Shown: positions 31,429 to 42,412 of the stretch, one piece after another
How positions within the stretch are numbered: the stretch's first letter is position 1
Layout: each line of letters starts with the position of its first letter
Origin: Oligoflexia bacterium
GTDB taxonomy: Bacteria > Bdellovibrionota > UBA1018
Length of the DNA stretch: 64,000 nt
Reading direction: 5' to 3'
Assembly: GCA_963758495.1 (NCBI GenBank)
Contig: CAVWVI010000004.1
Span: 288,001 to 352,000, forward strand
Translations under genes and position numbers: made by a program
The notes under the pieces: generated by a model
Told to the model about the DNA's origin: nothing
What the model saw: only the letters and a program-made list of their open reading frames with translations
Databases searched by the model: none

Positions 31429-32661
31429 TCAAGGGAGTTGAAGAAGAAGTTTTGCTGCAGGCAAAAAGCGCACTCTTCCCCCTTTTAGAGCAGGTCCAAA
31501 GTAATCTAATTTTCCATTGAGGCTGATTTGAAACGCATTTGGAATTTTCATTCTCTCTAATAAATACTTGATTCCAGCGTCCAATGGGCGATCATCCACC
31601 TTAACTTCTATAGCGATAAAAGGTTTTCCGTCTTTGAGGACAATAAAATCCACTTCGTGACCAACAGTAGTTCTAAAATATCGTAATTCATACTTTTGAC
31701 CCAAGACGTCCTGCATCCAGTGAACCCATCTTAGAAGATGAACTGCAACAAGATTTTCAAATTGAGCACTTTCTGTTGAGGCTTGTCCCCAATCCCAAAA
31801 ATAGAGTTTCGCTTCCTTTTTTACAGCCTTTATTTTATGAGGTCCAAAAGGATAAATACGAAAAACACCGTAAAGTCGTTCAAAAATTTCAATCCAATTT
31901 TTAACTGTGCTAAAACTTACTTCTAAATCTTCCCTTAAACTGTTCATCGACAATACCGAACCGACAGTTTTAGAAAGATACTCATAAAGCAATTCCATTC
32001 TTGCCAAATCTTGAACTTGTTCAAGTGAGGTCACTTCCTCTCGTACCAGACGTGCACCATAGTTTAGCCGCCATCGATCGGATTCAACTTTTGAACCCGA
32101 AAAAAGAGGCTCTGGAAAACCACTTAAAATTAAGAGGTCCGACAAAAGTTTCTGATGATGGCTATTTGTCGAATGAGCTTCTGATTGAAACTGTATTAAA
32201 CTGTCAGGAGAAAAAGGAACTCCTGCGAACTCAGAGAGAGTAATCGGATGAAGATGATGCGCATAATAGCGACCTTGAAGAGAGTCACCCCCTCTGGAAT
32301 ACAAATCGAGTCGCGCGCTTCCCGTGATCAAGATTCGATGATCTTCATGATGTTCGTCATATATACCTTTAAGCCAGTTTCTCCATCGTCTATTTTTATG
32401 AACTTCATCAAACACCCAGAGCTTTGATTCAGGGTTTAACTGATTATGAAGAAGAAGCTTGCGATCTGAATCAATATCCCAATTGTAATAGGCCTTCGTA
32501 TCACTTACCGATGGAATCAAACTTTTGGCAAGAGTCGTTTTGCCGCATTGGCGAGGCCCCGCGATAAATACCATTTTCTTCTTTAAATCTTCCTTAACGA
32601 CGGGAGCAAGCCGTCTCGATATTTTATCTACTTTATTGTTATTATTAGGTATTTTATCCAT
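31429..32661 (-). CDS. AAA_14 / DUF4143-type ATPase
   Basis: GPRQCGKTT, FDEVHK, TGSARL, DSLQGRY, KLYFWDW, EVDF...IEVK. Confidence 0.85.
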   Translation of the reverse strand: MDKIPNNNNKVDKISRRLAPVVKEDLKKKMVFIAGPRQCGKTTLAKSLIPSVSDTKAYYNWDIDSDRKLLLHNQLNPESKLWVFDEVHKNRRWRNWLKGIYDEHHEDHRILITGSARLDLYSRGGDSLQGRYYAHHLHPITLSEFAGVPFSPDSLIQFQSEAHSTNSHHQKLLSDLLILSGFPEPLFSGSKVESDRWRLNYGARLVREEVTSLEQVQDLARMELLYEYLSKTVGSVLSMNSLREDLEVSFSTVKNWIEIFERLYGVFRIYPFGPHKIKAVKKEAKLYFWDWGQASTESAQFENLVAVHLLRWVHWMQDVLGQKYELRYFRTTVGHEVDFIVLKDGKPFIAIEVKVDDRPLDAGIKYLLERMKIPNAFQISLNGKLDYFGPALKGGRVRFLPAAKLLLQLP

Positions 32662-32761
32662 TAGTAGTAATTTTAGCACCTCCAAAAAAAAAAGCGATGT
32701 TTTTTTAGTAAGTACAAAATTTACTTTGGACCACGTGCAGTTGATCTGACTAAAATAATCC

Positions 32762-34384
32762 TTATTTTCGTACGAAAAGTACTACCTTTTTAACCCCAAC
32801 CCCAACCCCTGTTGGACTTTGTATTGGACTACATGCATCCCCCACCTCAACCCAATCTGGGTTCTGGAGAAGATCTGTATAAAGCTTCGACGCCTGATCC
32901 AGTGGGAGTTCATACCGACCGATACCGGGAGAAAATAAAATAGAGTTGAGTTGATCCCACTGCTCTTTTGTATGAGGAACCCGATCTGTCCAAACTTGAT
33001 TCAAGGGCACAAGCCCTAATAAATGACTGGGCACTAATGCCCTTTTTCGAATGCAAGGTAAGAGTTTCTGAACCTCTAATTTAACTTCCGAAACTTGTTG
33101 AGACGGCCAAAAAATTTGAACACTTCCACTCCCTAGGAGAAGTGCAGCACCCAACGCCCACGCCGCTTTTTTGATCTTCGGCCCTGGATTGTCCCACCCA
33201 CTATGATTCTGGTCCTGATCCGCTGTGATTGCACAAATCCAAAAGGAAGCTAAAAAAGGTGCTGAATAATAATTCCAAAGAACACGAGGTCCTTCGAGCA
33301 CAGAATAAGCGCAAACCAAAGGTAATATTACCCACCAAAAACGAAGTGACACCCCTACCCAGGGTGCCAAAACAAGAAGCGAGATCCACGGCCGAGAAAG
33401 CAGAAAGCTTCCCACACCTTTTACAAATCCAAGAACTCCACCTTGATCTTGAATCAACTGTAGTGAGAGAGAGACAATATCAGAAACTCCAGACCAATGA
33501 AGCCCCCTAAAAGCCCCTACTCCTGCTCCAACGATAACAGGGTGTCCCTCCCAAATCGAAGGCCCCCAAGCTCCTGAGATCCAATTTTTAACGAGGAGAA
33601 CTTGAAACAAAACTCCGAAGCTTGCAACCACAGCACTCGAAATCACAGCTTTCCGTTGATTTCCTTTTAAACAGACAAGTCCCCACAAAAGCCAGGGTCC
33701 CAAAACAAAAACAGAATCCTCTTTCACGCCCACACATAAAAAAGTTGCAAGTACCAGAGAAACCCATCTGATTTGATTTGAACCTTCTAAGCCTAATGAC
33801 CAAAACCAAAGCAAAACAAAAAATGGATAAGCAGCTTCAGGATGCACATCATACATTAAAATTTTTCCAACTTGAGTGGACGCAAGAAATGCCATTGCAA
33901 ACACTAAAGAATAAAAGGCTCCCCATTTTTTCTTTGCGATCACTCCCACCATGATTCCTGCCGCCGTGAGAACGAGAGGATTAAAAATAAGGGCCACATT
34001 CACTGTCCCTAAGACCCAGGTCAACGGAGACAATACCATCCACGTAAACATAGGATGGACTGTCCCATGCTGCACAAACCCTAGACTTTGAGGAGCAAAA
34101 CGAGTCAGAAAAAAACCGCCTTTTTTTGCCTGCTCTAAAATATCCACGAATAGCCAGAAATCTTGTGCATTTAAACTCAATGCCCAAAACTGAGAAAATT
34201 TTCCAAGAAGAGCCAAAACAAAAAATACTGCACTGACTCCGAAGAGAAGTTTCAGGAAATATTTTTCAGAAAAATCATTGAACTGATTTTTAAATCGATC
34301 AAAAGAGCCGCTCAAATAAAGAAGAACCCAACCCGCTCCTACACACCAAAGCACCCATCGTAAATGAAATGTCCAACTGATCAT
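32762..34384 (-). CDS. polytopic membrane protein, DUF2079 / GT-C glycosyltransferase-like
   Basis: Many TM helices with QDFWLF, H.HP, YDVHPE, VKED and NYYSAP motifs. Confidence 0.65.
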   Translation of the reverse strand: MISWTFHLRWVLWCVGAGWVLLYLSGSFDRFKNQFNDFSEKYFLKLLFGVSAVFFVLALLGKFSQFWALSLNAQDFWLFVDILEQAKKGGFFLTRFAPQSLGFVQHGTVHPMFTWMVLSPLTWVLGTVNVALIFNPLVLTAAGIMVGVIAKKKWGAFYSLVFAMAFLASTQVGKILMYDVHPEAAYPFFVLLWFWSLGLEGSNQIRWVSLVLATFLCVGVKEDSVFVLGPWLLWGLVCLKGNQRKAVISSAVVASFGVLFQVLLVKNWISGAWGPSIWEGHPVIVGAGVGAFRGLHWSGVSDIVSLSLQLIQDQGGVLGFVKGVGSFLLSRPWISLLVLAPWVGVSLRFWWVILPLVCAYSVLEGPRVLWNYYSAPFLASFWICAITADQDQNHSGWDNPGPKIKKAAWALGAALLLGSGSVQIFWPSQQVSEVKLEVQKLLPCIRKRALVPSHLLGLVPLNQVWTDRVPHTKEQWDQLNSILFSPGIGRYELPLDQASKLYTDLLQNPDWVEVGDACSPIQSPTGVGVGVKKVVLFVRK

Positions 34385-34415
34385 AGTTTGTCTGAGAATA
34401 GCACTGAGCTATGGA

Positions 34416-35630
34416 TCAGAATCCAAAAATCGACTTCACTCCATTCAAAAGAGATCGAGTTAAATGTTTTGACCTTGGGCTTGTCACTTTTTCACTGTAC
34501 TTTTGTCCTTGTGAGAGCAATTTCCCAGTATTCAAATCAATTAAATCAGGAGCAAAACCTAATTTATTTGCATCTTCCTGAGGAGATCCCAAGTGTAAAG
34601 CGCCCAAAACCCCTGCTAATAATTTTTTCTTGTCATAAAGATTTTGTATCAAATACCCTGTATGAGACGCTATATTACCTAAAACCGTAGGTAAAGCTAA
34701 TTGCATGGCTAGATATCCGCTGCTTTTGTAGCCCGCTACTTTGGCTGCTAAAGTTGAATGAATACCCCCTAAAACATTCCGTCCTGAATCTCCCAAAACA
34801 GCGCTCGGCACTGGATCCCCTTGTACATTATGACGGATGTCATTATGTTTTCCAATCAAGCGCGTTGTATCATCATAAGCTTCTTGATCTCCCAGTACAC
34901 GAGGAGCGGAAAGCCTATAAAGCTGGACCTTGTTTTGATAAGAGTTATCAAACTCATCCCCCAGATCATTTTTAAGATAATTTTTGAAAAACTGAACGAT
35001 CGTCACTCCTGCCAAATGAGCTAATGCTGCTCCTTGACTGTGACCCGTCACAAAAACGGCTAAAGTTTCTCTCTCCTCGAGGGTCATGGATTGAAGTAAG
35101 TTTTCAATTTTCTCTAAGAGATCTTTTTTAAACTGACTCGTTTTGACTGCAAAGCCACGATGGAGTTTTCCTTCAATTCCTAAATGATGGGTTTCATTAC
35201 CCACTTTAAATGCATCAAAGTTGGTCATCCAATCAGCCTGATTTCTAGATCCGTGAAGAGCCACAACAAGAATATGATACGAAGAATGGTAGGCTATAAT
35301 TCCAGGGACATCATCATGAGAATAACCTGTCTTACCGGTAAATGGAGTGATCTGCCAGCCTTGACTCGTAAATGGCTGATAGAGAACATGGTCCTGATCC
35401 GTGAGGATTTGCCCCGTATTATCAAACTCATTTGCGACCTGATAACTGAGTCCAGCCAAATTTACGATGTCACGAGCATGAGTTTTAAAGGTGGGGTTCA
35501 CTTCAAATTGGCCATCGACTTCAAGTACAAGGGGAGAAAATACAGGAAGAGCTGCAGAAGCAGATGAAAGGGTCAGCGCTAGGACAAAAGTCCATTGCTT
35601 AACAAATTGACCTGCAAACTTTTGAATCAT
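34416..35630 (-). CDS. secreted class 3 lipase
   Basis: Signal peptide; HGSRNQADWMTNF, LHRGF, VTGHSQGAA, APRV, GDPVP. Confidence 0.85.
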   Translation of the reverse strand: MIQKFAGQFVKQWTFVLALTLSSASAALPVFSPLVLEVDGQFEVNPTFKTHARDIVNLAGLSYQVANEFDNTGQILTDQDHVLYQPFTSQGWQITPFTGKTGYSHDDVPGIIAYHSSYHILVVALHGSRNQADWMTNFDAFKVGNETHHLGIEGKLHRGFAVKTSQFKKDLLEKIENLLQSMTLEERETLAVFVTGHSQGAALAHLAGVTIVQFFKNYLKNDLGDEFDNSYQNKVQLYRLSAPRVLGDQEAYDDTTRLIGKHNDIRHNVQGDPVPSAVLGDSGRNVLGGIHSTLAAKVAGYKSSGYLAMQLALPTVLGNIASHTGYLIQNLYDKKKLLAGVLGALHLGSPQEDANKLGFAPDLIDLNTGKLLSQGQKYSEKVTSPRSKHLTRSLLNGVKSIFGF

Positions 35631-35736
35631 GGCAATACCCCTTAATCCTTTAAGCATATAAAGGATTAATAGATTACCATAATTGTCAGGTAAGTCAATT
35701 ATAATTACTTTCTATTTAAATATAAATTAATATAAT

Positions 35737-37815
35737 TTAGTCTTCGTACCGCAATCCGACATAGAAGGTACGGCCTCGAATCGGAACCCCAATGTTCGAC
35801 AAATTTGGAGAATATTGCGTAAATACCTCATCGCCTATATTTTCAATTGTGCCGGTTACCTGGAAGTTCTTTACGATATTATATCCGACTCGAGTGCTGA
35901 AAAGGATGTGTGACATATCAGTAGGGTAAATCTCCGACGCAGAACGATAGGTAGAACTTAAATTCAGATTCGCTTGTCCTAAACTATAATTAATAATAGC
36001 AGAAGCAGAATTTCTAGGCTGTTCCAGTGTCTGGGTATTGCCTAAAATTCTCGTGTAAGTTCCCATTATGGAGAGCGCATTTATGGGAATCACCTTCATT
36101 TCAAATTCTAAGCCGTTGGTCATGAGCGTTCCAGAATTGATAAAAGGAACAACCACTGTTGGGGGGATAGGAGGTCCTGCTGTAATCAAGTTTTGTGTAT
36201 AATTATAAAATCCCGTGAGAGTCGCTGTCATCCTATTTTTAATATCATGACTATAAGACAACTCGATGGTATCGATTCTTTCAGATTTTAGATCAGAGTT
36301 CCCTTGCACCACAGGATTATTTTTTACATACAATTCTGTTAATGAGGGAGCGCGATAAGCATGACCATAGAATAACTTAATACGAGAGGTATCTGAAGCT
36401 TTGTAGATCATCCCCGCTCTCGGTGAAAGTTCTGATCCAATATCACTATACGTATCAAAACGCAGACCCGCAATGAGGGAAAGTCCACTTTCAAAATCCT
36501 GTTGATCCTGTACATAAGCACCATAAGTAGTGCGACCCACGCCTTCCTTCATCCAATTTCGATCTCCATTGTAGGTTTGAACATTTCCTTGATAGACGTA
36601 AGTCAGAGGATCGTAGTTATAATATTGAACAAAGCTGGGAGGAAGGGTGGACTGATAATTAAAACCAAGGTTGAAGGCATTGCCAGGTATCATATGCCAA
36701 ATCAAATTAGCATCAGCAGCGTAAGTTTCTGCCTCGGCAACAGGCCCACTCCAAATGGCGGCAGGTAAAGGGGATCCTAAAGGGGCGGGCGCTCCAGGCG
36801 CTAACGTGATCCCCGCTGGCACGGTTCTTATTAGAGTACTACCATACTCATCAGTATAACTTGTCACAATTTCAACTGACAATTTCTGATCAAATAAATC
36901 TTTCTTATAAGAAAGCTGAAGTCGATTTTGTCTATATTCCGATCGATTTTGCGGATCCCCCCCTCCAAATCCGAGAAATCCAAGCTGCATTGTATCTGCA
37001 TGATACAATGTCATTGTAAAATCTTGATACTTTAAACTAGCCATCATGTTTCGAGTAGCAATAGGATCCTTCAGAGTGCTCGTGACACCAAAATTATCTT
37101 GAAAATTCTTAAAAGAATAACCACTATCTTCGTACCCATCCACAAACAGAGAAAGTGCAAAATCATCATTCAATTTTTTATTATAATTAATTGCTACACT
37201 CGTGCGACCTATATTGCCCACAGTAGCCACCGCACTCGTTTTTTGCTCTTCGGTAATGAGATTCACAACCCCTACAAAGGCATTTGCACCATAAAGCGCA
37301 GAACCTGGACCCCGGATAACTTCCACCTGTTTAATTTGATTCAATGTCATGTGGCGATTCATCGCAGCAAAAGAACCACCATTCACGACACTATTGATGG
37401 GTTGCCCATTGATAAGAAATAATACTGATGATTCATATGGGGTTTGAATTCCCCTGACAGAAACCCTACCGAATCTATCAGGAAAGGAATCGCTGGTTAC
37501 ATTAAAGCCCGGTATGTAATTCAGCAGATCCTCTAATGTGGTGATCCCCATTTTTTTGATATCATCTTGGGTAAATACACTCACCGACGAAGGGGCGTCT
37601 GAAAGTGGTTTATTCGATTTAGTTGCTACTGAAACTGACAAATTAAATAGATTGGCAAGGGAAAGCTCTTCTACTGCTTTTGATGTTTCTTCCAAAGAAG
37701 AGGAGAGCTCCTTTTTTTCATCAGAAAAACTAAGTAAAGGCACAAAGAATAGACTGATGGTTATATAAATTAAGCAAATCGGGGATCTTTTCAATTTAGT
37801 TCGTACAAAGTTCAT
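35737..37815 (-). CDS. TonB-dependent receptor
   Basis: Plug motifs APSSVSV and VEVIRGPGSALYGANAF; SPRAG, AYRAPS and C-terminal GRTFYVGLRY. Confidence 0.92.
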   Translation of the reverse strand: MNFVRTKLKRSPICLIYITISLFFVPLLSFSDEKKELSSSLEETSKAVEELSLANLFNLSVSVATKSNKPLSDAPSSVSVFTQDDIKKMGITTLEDLLNYIPGFNVTSDSFPDRFGRVSVRGIQTPYESSVLFLINGQPINSVVNGGSFAAMNRHMTLNQIKQVEVIRGPGSALYGANAFVGVVNLITEEQKTSAVATVGNIGRTSVAINYNKKLNDDFALSLFVDGYEDSGYSFKNFQDNFGVTSTLKDPIATRNMMASLKYQDFTMTLYHADTMQLGFLGFGGGDPQNRSEYRQNRLQLSYKKDLFDQKLSVEIVTSYTDEYGSTLIRTVPAGITLAPGAPAPLGSPLPAAIWSGPVAEAETYAADANLIWHMIPGNAFNLGFNYQSTLPPSFVQYYNYDPLTYVYQGNVQTYNGDRNWMKEGVGRTTYGAYVQDQQDFESGLSLIAGLRFDTYSDIGSELSPRAGMIYKASDTSRIKLFYGHAYRAPSLTELYVKNNPVVQGNSDLKSERIDTIELSYSHDIKNRMTATLTGFYNYTQNLITAGPPIPPTVVVPFINSGTLMTNGLEFEMKVIPINALSIMGTYTRILGNTQTLEQPRNSASAIINYSLGQANLNLSSTYRSASEIYPTDMSHILFSTRVGYNIVKNFQVTGTIENIGDEVFTQYSPNLSNIGVPIRGRTFYVGLRYED

Positions 37816-37967
37816 ATCGCCCTCAAGGTATAAGACAATGTGTCTCCTAGATTAGAAAAAATAAATGAACAGCTTGATCATTCTAATTAGAATGTTTAGG
37901 ATAGCAAAGGGAGAAATTAAATATTTTAAATGAAATATTTATTTTATAAGCCGAACGAATCAATTTT

Positions 37968-39137
37968 TTATAAAATGAGCATGGCGTCGCCATAGCTAAA
38001 AAAGCGGTATTTTTCACGTACTGCTTCCGCATATGCGGCAAGAACAAAATCACGACCTGCAAAGGTACTAATCAACATCAATAAAGTAGAACAAGGCAAA
38101 TGAAAATTTGTGAGCATCCGATCCATGACTTGAATTTCAAATGCTCCAGGCCGAATAAATAATGAAGTTCTTCCCACCCCTGATTGAAGATGGCTCTTTT
38201 TCCATGCACTCTCTAAAGTACGTGCGCTGGTCGTACCTACTGCTAAAACTCTGCGCCCTTGGGCCTTCCACTCCGTCACTCTTTGAGCGACTTCTGGGGA
38301 GATTTCATATCGTTCTTCATGCATTTTATGTTTACGAATATCAGTTTCTTTTACGGGTCTAAAAGTTCCAAGTCCCACATGAAGCGTCACTTCTGCCCAC
38401 CCTATTCCTCTTTCCTTCAGTGCCGCCAAAGTGTGAGCCGTAAAATGCAATCCTGCTGTGGGTGCGGCGGCTGAGCCCAGATTTTTTGCGTACAACGTTT
38501 GGTAATCACTGTCGTCTTCATTATGATCTGGTTTATGATCGGGTTGATTGCCTGAAGCAACTGGATTTCGGTGAATGTAATGAGGCAATGGGACTTCGCC
38601 TGCCCCACTTTCAATAGGATCTCGATCGAACTTCGCTACTACTGTACCGGTGGGTGAATCTGCTGAACCACGAACCAAAGTTCCCCGTAGCCCGCGACCA
38701 TCCGGCGTAGGAATCTCAAAACAAAGCCCGGGCAAATATTTTGCGCTCGCATGAAAAAGACCTTCCCACACACGGGGTTGAAGTTCCTCTAAAAGCACGA
38801 ACTCAACTTTACCCCCGATGATTTCTTTGGAGGCTTCTTTTCTAGCTTCTTTTCTAGCTTTTGGGCTCACCTCAGTACGAATCCGATGGCCTAATAATCG
38901 AGCTTTTAAGACTTGAGTATTATTTGCGACAATTAAGTCATTCGAATCTAAATATTCAGGTAAATCTTTAAATGTCCTATGCTCCCAACTTTTTGTCGCC
39001 CGACGTAAAACCATGAGCCTGGAAGAATCACGTGGCATAGCGGGTTTCTGAGCGATCAGATTTTCTGGTAAATCATAATGATACGCCATTAAATCATCTT
39101 CGAACTTAAGAGTGGGCCTAAAATCACCATTTGACAT
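37968..39137 (-). CDS. queA: S-adenosylmethionine:tRNA ribosyltransferase-isomerase
   Basis: LIAQ.P, PLPHYI, YQT, AAPTAGLHF, TLHVGLGTF, TNFHLP, FFSYGDAM. Confidence 0.97.
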   Translation of the reverse strand: MSNGDFRPTLKFEDDLMAYHYDLPENLIAQKPAMPRDSSRLMVLRRATKSWEHRTFKDLPEYLDSNDLIVANNTQVLKARLLGHRIRTEVSPKARKEARKEASKEIIGGKVEFVLLEELQPRVWEGLFHASAKYLPGLCFEIPTPDGRGLRGTLVRGSADSPTGTVVAKFDRDPIESGAGEVPLPHYIHRNPVASGNQPDHKPDHNEDDSDYQTLYAKNLGSAAAPTAGLHFTAHTLAALKERGIGWAEVTLHVGLGTFRPVKETDIRKHKMHEERYEISPEVAQRVTEWKAQGRRVLAVGTTSARTLESAWKKSHLQSGVGRTSLFIRPGAFEIQVMDRMLTNFHLPCSTLLMLISTFAGRDFVLAAYAEAVREKYRFFSYGDAMLIL

Positions 39138-39148
39138 AGACCGTCAAA

Positions 39149-40471
39149 CTACCACAACTTTCGAATAATTGCGTCAGGGTAGTAGTATTTGAGAATAGCA
39201 GCCATCTTAAATCCTTTTTCACCCATTTCTTTTGCGCCCCACTGACACATTCCCACCCCATGTCCATTTCCACGACCTTGAAAATGCCAGACTTTTATCG
39301 GTAAATCGCCACTCAATTTCCCACTCCATCTCCCATTCAATTTCCCATTCAATTTCATAGAAGAGGTCAGTTGAAATGAGGTACTTCTCATCTGCGAAAA
39401 CCCCACCCACTCTCTCAACTGCACGCCCTGGAGCGGTAGATAGACCTGCCTCTTTCCATACTCCCAGACGAGAATTAACCGTAAAACCCTTCCCTCAGTG
39501 CTTGTCTGACTCACCCAAAGCTCTTTCAGGTGACCCTGTTTGAGGGGTGCTAAATTACTTCTGTGCCAATTTACGGGGAGTCCGGTTAAACTGATTCCTT
39601 TTAAAATCAAGTCCTCAAGCTCTTGTGTTCGAAGCTCTAAACTCCATTGAAAGCGTGGAGACGTCTTACAAAAAGGACAGAAAACTCGACGTTTGAAACC
39701 GGGCAAAGGCCTTCCCCATACATTTTCAGGAAGCTCAGTCACACCTCCACACGTGGAATGATAAAACGCTTTCATAGGAAAGAGATTATGATTTTTTTCA
39801 GCTGATAAAATCAGCCCCCGTGTTTGATTCACGGCCCAATAAGATTGAAAGTCTTCGTGAATAGAGCCATTGTAAACTTGGTCTTTAACCGTGGCATCTA
39901 CGTCGAAATGAGAAGATTTCTTCAATTGAGATTCTAATATTTGAAAATACGCATAAGTTCTCGCAGCGACGACTTGTGCCTCGATGGCTTCTTTACTCCA
40001 TTGAGAAGAAAACTCAGCATTCACTAAACCCTCTAAATACTTTTCCAACCCAAGATGGTTCACCACTTCACAAGCTTTACCCTTTGAGTAAATTCGCAGC
40101 TCATCACGATAGGGATGACCCATAAAATTTAAAAAACCAGCCTGAGCCTCAATAGAAATACTTTCTGGTAGATTTAAAATAACGCTTCTCTCACCCTCCG
40201 CTAAAGACTTCGCTTGAATGGAGCCATTCACACAATTGAGTTCCCATTCACTTGATTGATTCATTGAGGTCACTAAGCTCAGTTTGCCACTCTGAATTTT
40301 ATAAATTTGCAGATGAAATCCAGATAGTCTCAAATGTTGAATGGCTTCAGTGATCCTCACCCGAATTTTTATTAAACCGAGATTCTTATTTGGAATTGCA
40401 AAAGCATGAGACCCTAAGAGCAAAAAGAATAAAATAGGCAAAAAAGACCAACTTCTATTCGTAATCAGCAT
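39149..40471 (-). CDS. SpoIID/LytB-family lytic transglycosylase
   Basis: LEKYL.G.V.AE, EAIEAQVVAARTYA, DQVY, FYHSTCGG, GHGVGMCQWGA, ILKYYYP. Confidence 0.92.
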   Translation of the reverse strand: MLITNRSWSFLPILFFLLLGSHAFAIPNKNLGLIKIRVRITEAIQHLRLSGFHLQIYKIQSGKLSLVTSMNQSSEWELNCVNGSIQAKSLAEGERSVILNLPESISIEAQAGFLNFMGHPYRDELRIYSKGKACEVVNHLGLEKYLEGLVNAEFSSQWSKEAIEAQVVAARTYAYFQILESQLKKSSHFDVDATVKDQVYNGSIHEDFQSYWAVNQTRGLILSAEKNHNLFPMKAFYHSTCGGVTELPENVWGRPLPGFKRRVFCPFCKTSPRFQWSLELRTQELEDLILKGISLTGLPVNWHRSNLAPLKQGHLKELWVSQTSTEGRVLRLILVWEYGKRQVYLPLQGVQLREWVGFSQMRSTSFQLTSSMKLNGKLNGRWSGKLSGDLPIKVWHFQGRGNGHGVGMCQWGAKEMGEKGFKMAAILKYYYPDAIIRKLW

Positions 40472-40637
40472 GCGTCAATTCAGAATAAAGACCAAATCCA
40501 GTAAAGGCAAATCTTTCCTATTTAGACCCTCTCACTGAACTCCGAGAAGTCTTTTGTAACAAAGAAAAACTTGCTGCAAAGCCGCAACCACAACGGCCCA
40601 CGAAATGCGTAGCAATTAGGAACCAGAGGAGTAGAAA

Positions 40638-40871
40638 ATGAACGAGAGAAATGATTTAACCTCTAAAGAAGTCAATCCCGATACAGACGGGCTTTCGCCA
40701 TTTTTTGGCACCGCACGAGAGGTACTTGCAAAATATACTCATTGTGCAATCTGCGGTGCCTTCCTCCACTTTACGCATGTTACTGATTTTAGTCGGAATT
40801 TAACCCAAGAGACCGCTAAGTGCCCTGAATGCGGAGTCAGAGCCCGCAGCCTAATGCATCGACTCCAATAA
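40638..40871 (+). CDS. small zinc-ribbon protein
   Basis: CAIC...CPEC; RBS GAGGAG. Confidence 0.7.
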   Translation: MNERNDLTSKEVNPDTDGLSPFFGTAREVLAKYTHCAICGAFLHFTHVTDFSRNLTQETAKCPECGVRARSLMHRLQ

Positions 40872-40985
40872 AAGATCACGATTTGCTATCTTTACATCTG
40901 GAGATAGATCAATGATAGTGCAGTGATGTGCCCTACGCCGCAACGCAACACTTGGAGCAGTTTTCTACCTCGCCGTGCAATCATC

Positions 40986-41609
40986 ATGACACGTCAGCAA
41001 GCACCGAAAAACTTTGCTGAAACCGAAATTTTAATTCCTCCTCCGCAAGACTCGCTTTTACGCATTACTGCCGAGCTTCAAGGTTGCACTCGTTGCAAAC
41101 TCTGCGAAAAGCGTAAAACGATCGTCATCGGCGAAGGAAATCCATCGGCGGAATTAGTTTTCATAGGTGAAGGCCCAGGCGAACAAGAAGATCTCCAAGG
41201 AAGGCCTTTCGTTGGCAAAGCAGGTCAACTCTTAGATCGAATGATCGAAGCCATGGGATTAGATCGACAGAAAGTCTATATTGCCAATGTTGTCAAATGT
41301 CGCCCCCCCGGAAATCGGAATCCAGAACCCGATGAGATCATGGCTTGTAGCCCTTTTTTATACCGGCAAATCGAAGTGGTTCAGCCTAAAATCATTGTTG
41401 CTCTAGGTAAATTTGCAGCTCAAACTCTTTTGAACACAACCGAAGGAATCACGAGTCTTCGTGGTAAATTTTATCCCTATCGAAGCACTAAAATTATGCC
41501 CATTTTTCATCCTGCCTACCTCTTAAGAAATCCTTCTGCCAAAAAGGAGGCCTGGATTGATCTGAAGCGGGTTGCGAATGAACTAGGAATTCAAATACCC
41601 AAGCGCTAG
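40986..41609 (+). CDS. uracil-DNA glycosylase family 4 (Fe-S)
   Basis: CTRCKL, GEGPG, PFVG.AG, NVVKCRPP.NR, FHPAYLLR. Start uncertain. Confidence 0.93.
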   Translation: MTRQQAPKNFAETEILIPPPQDSLLRITAELQGCTRCKLCEKRKTIVIGEGNPSAELVFIGEGPGEQEDLQGRPFVGKAGQLLDRMIEAMGLDRQKVYIANVVKCRPPGNRNPEPDEIMACSPFLYRQIEVVQPKIIVALGKFAAQTLLNTTEGITSLRGKFYPYRSTKIMPIFHPAYLLRNPSAKKEAWIDLKRVANELGIQIPKR

Positions 41610-41649
41610 ACTGGTGAACAGAGCTAAACGTTGTTAATGAGGAGTTATC

Positions 41650-42399
41650 ATGGAATTCATTTCTGGCGGTTTCTTGTTTCTGATACTTGCGTGTTTTTTA
41701 TTCGCAGTGATGAGCATCAAGGTACTCAACGAGTACGAACGTGGAGTGATTTTCCGTTTAGGTCGTATTATTGGCGCAAAAGGCCCAGGATTAATGATCC
41801 TCATCCCCGTAGTCGATCGAATGGTCCGAGTGGATCTCAGAACAATTACTCTCGATATCCCTCCTCAGGATGTCATCAGTCGCGACAATGTCACAATTAA
41901 AGTCAACGCAGTCGTATACTTTCGAGTCATTGAGCCCAATCGAGCCGTGATTGAAGTAGAAAACTACCTCATGGCCACGTCAAAACTCGCTCAAACCACA
42001 CTTCGCTCCGTCCTTGGTCAAGTTGAATTGGACGAACTGCTCTCTTCAAGAGAATCCATTAACCACCGATTGCAGACTATTTTAGATGCTCAAACAGAAC
42101 CTTGGGGCGTAAAAATTTCTAACGTAGAAGTGAAGCAAATAGACTTACCTGTAGAAATGCAAAGAGCAATGGCAAAACAAGCGGAAGCAGAACGAGAACG
42201 CCGCGCCAAAATCATTGCTGCAGAGGGCGAATTTCAGGCGTCACAAAAACTCGCAGAAGCTGCTCAGATCATGGAACAACGACCTATGTCACTGCAGCTC
42301 CGCTATTTACAAACGATTCGCGAAATGTCGAGTGAACATACGACAAACACTATTATTCCACTACCTATCGACCTGATCAGCCAATTTTTTAAAAAGTAG
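41650..42399 (+). CDS. SPFH / stomatin (slipin) family protein
   Basis: [40 protein letters not shown]. Confidence 0.93.
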   Translation: MEFISGGFLFLILACFLFAVMSIKVLNEYERGVIFRLGRIIGAKGPGLMILIPVVDRMVRVDLRTITLDIPPQDVISRDNVTIKVNAVVYFRVIEPNRAVIEVENYLMATSKLAQTTLRSVLGQVELDELLSSRESINHRLQTILDAQTEPWGVKISNVEVKQIDLPVEMQRAMAKQAEAERERRAKIIAAEGEFQASQKLAEAAQIMEQRPMSLQLRYLQTIREMSSEHTTNTIIPLPIDLISQFFKK

Positions 42400-42412
42400 C
42401 CTTTCTCTAAAC

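Noticed and set aside
37816..37967. Fur box upstream of the TonB receptor
   Set aside because: AT-rich, but no convincing GATAATGATAATCATTATC-like palindrome.
40500..40625. c-di-GMP-I riboswitch (TAAAGGCAAA...GCAAAGCC)
   Set aside because: The GNRA-capped stem and the spacing do not fit; an Infernal/Rfam scan would settle it.
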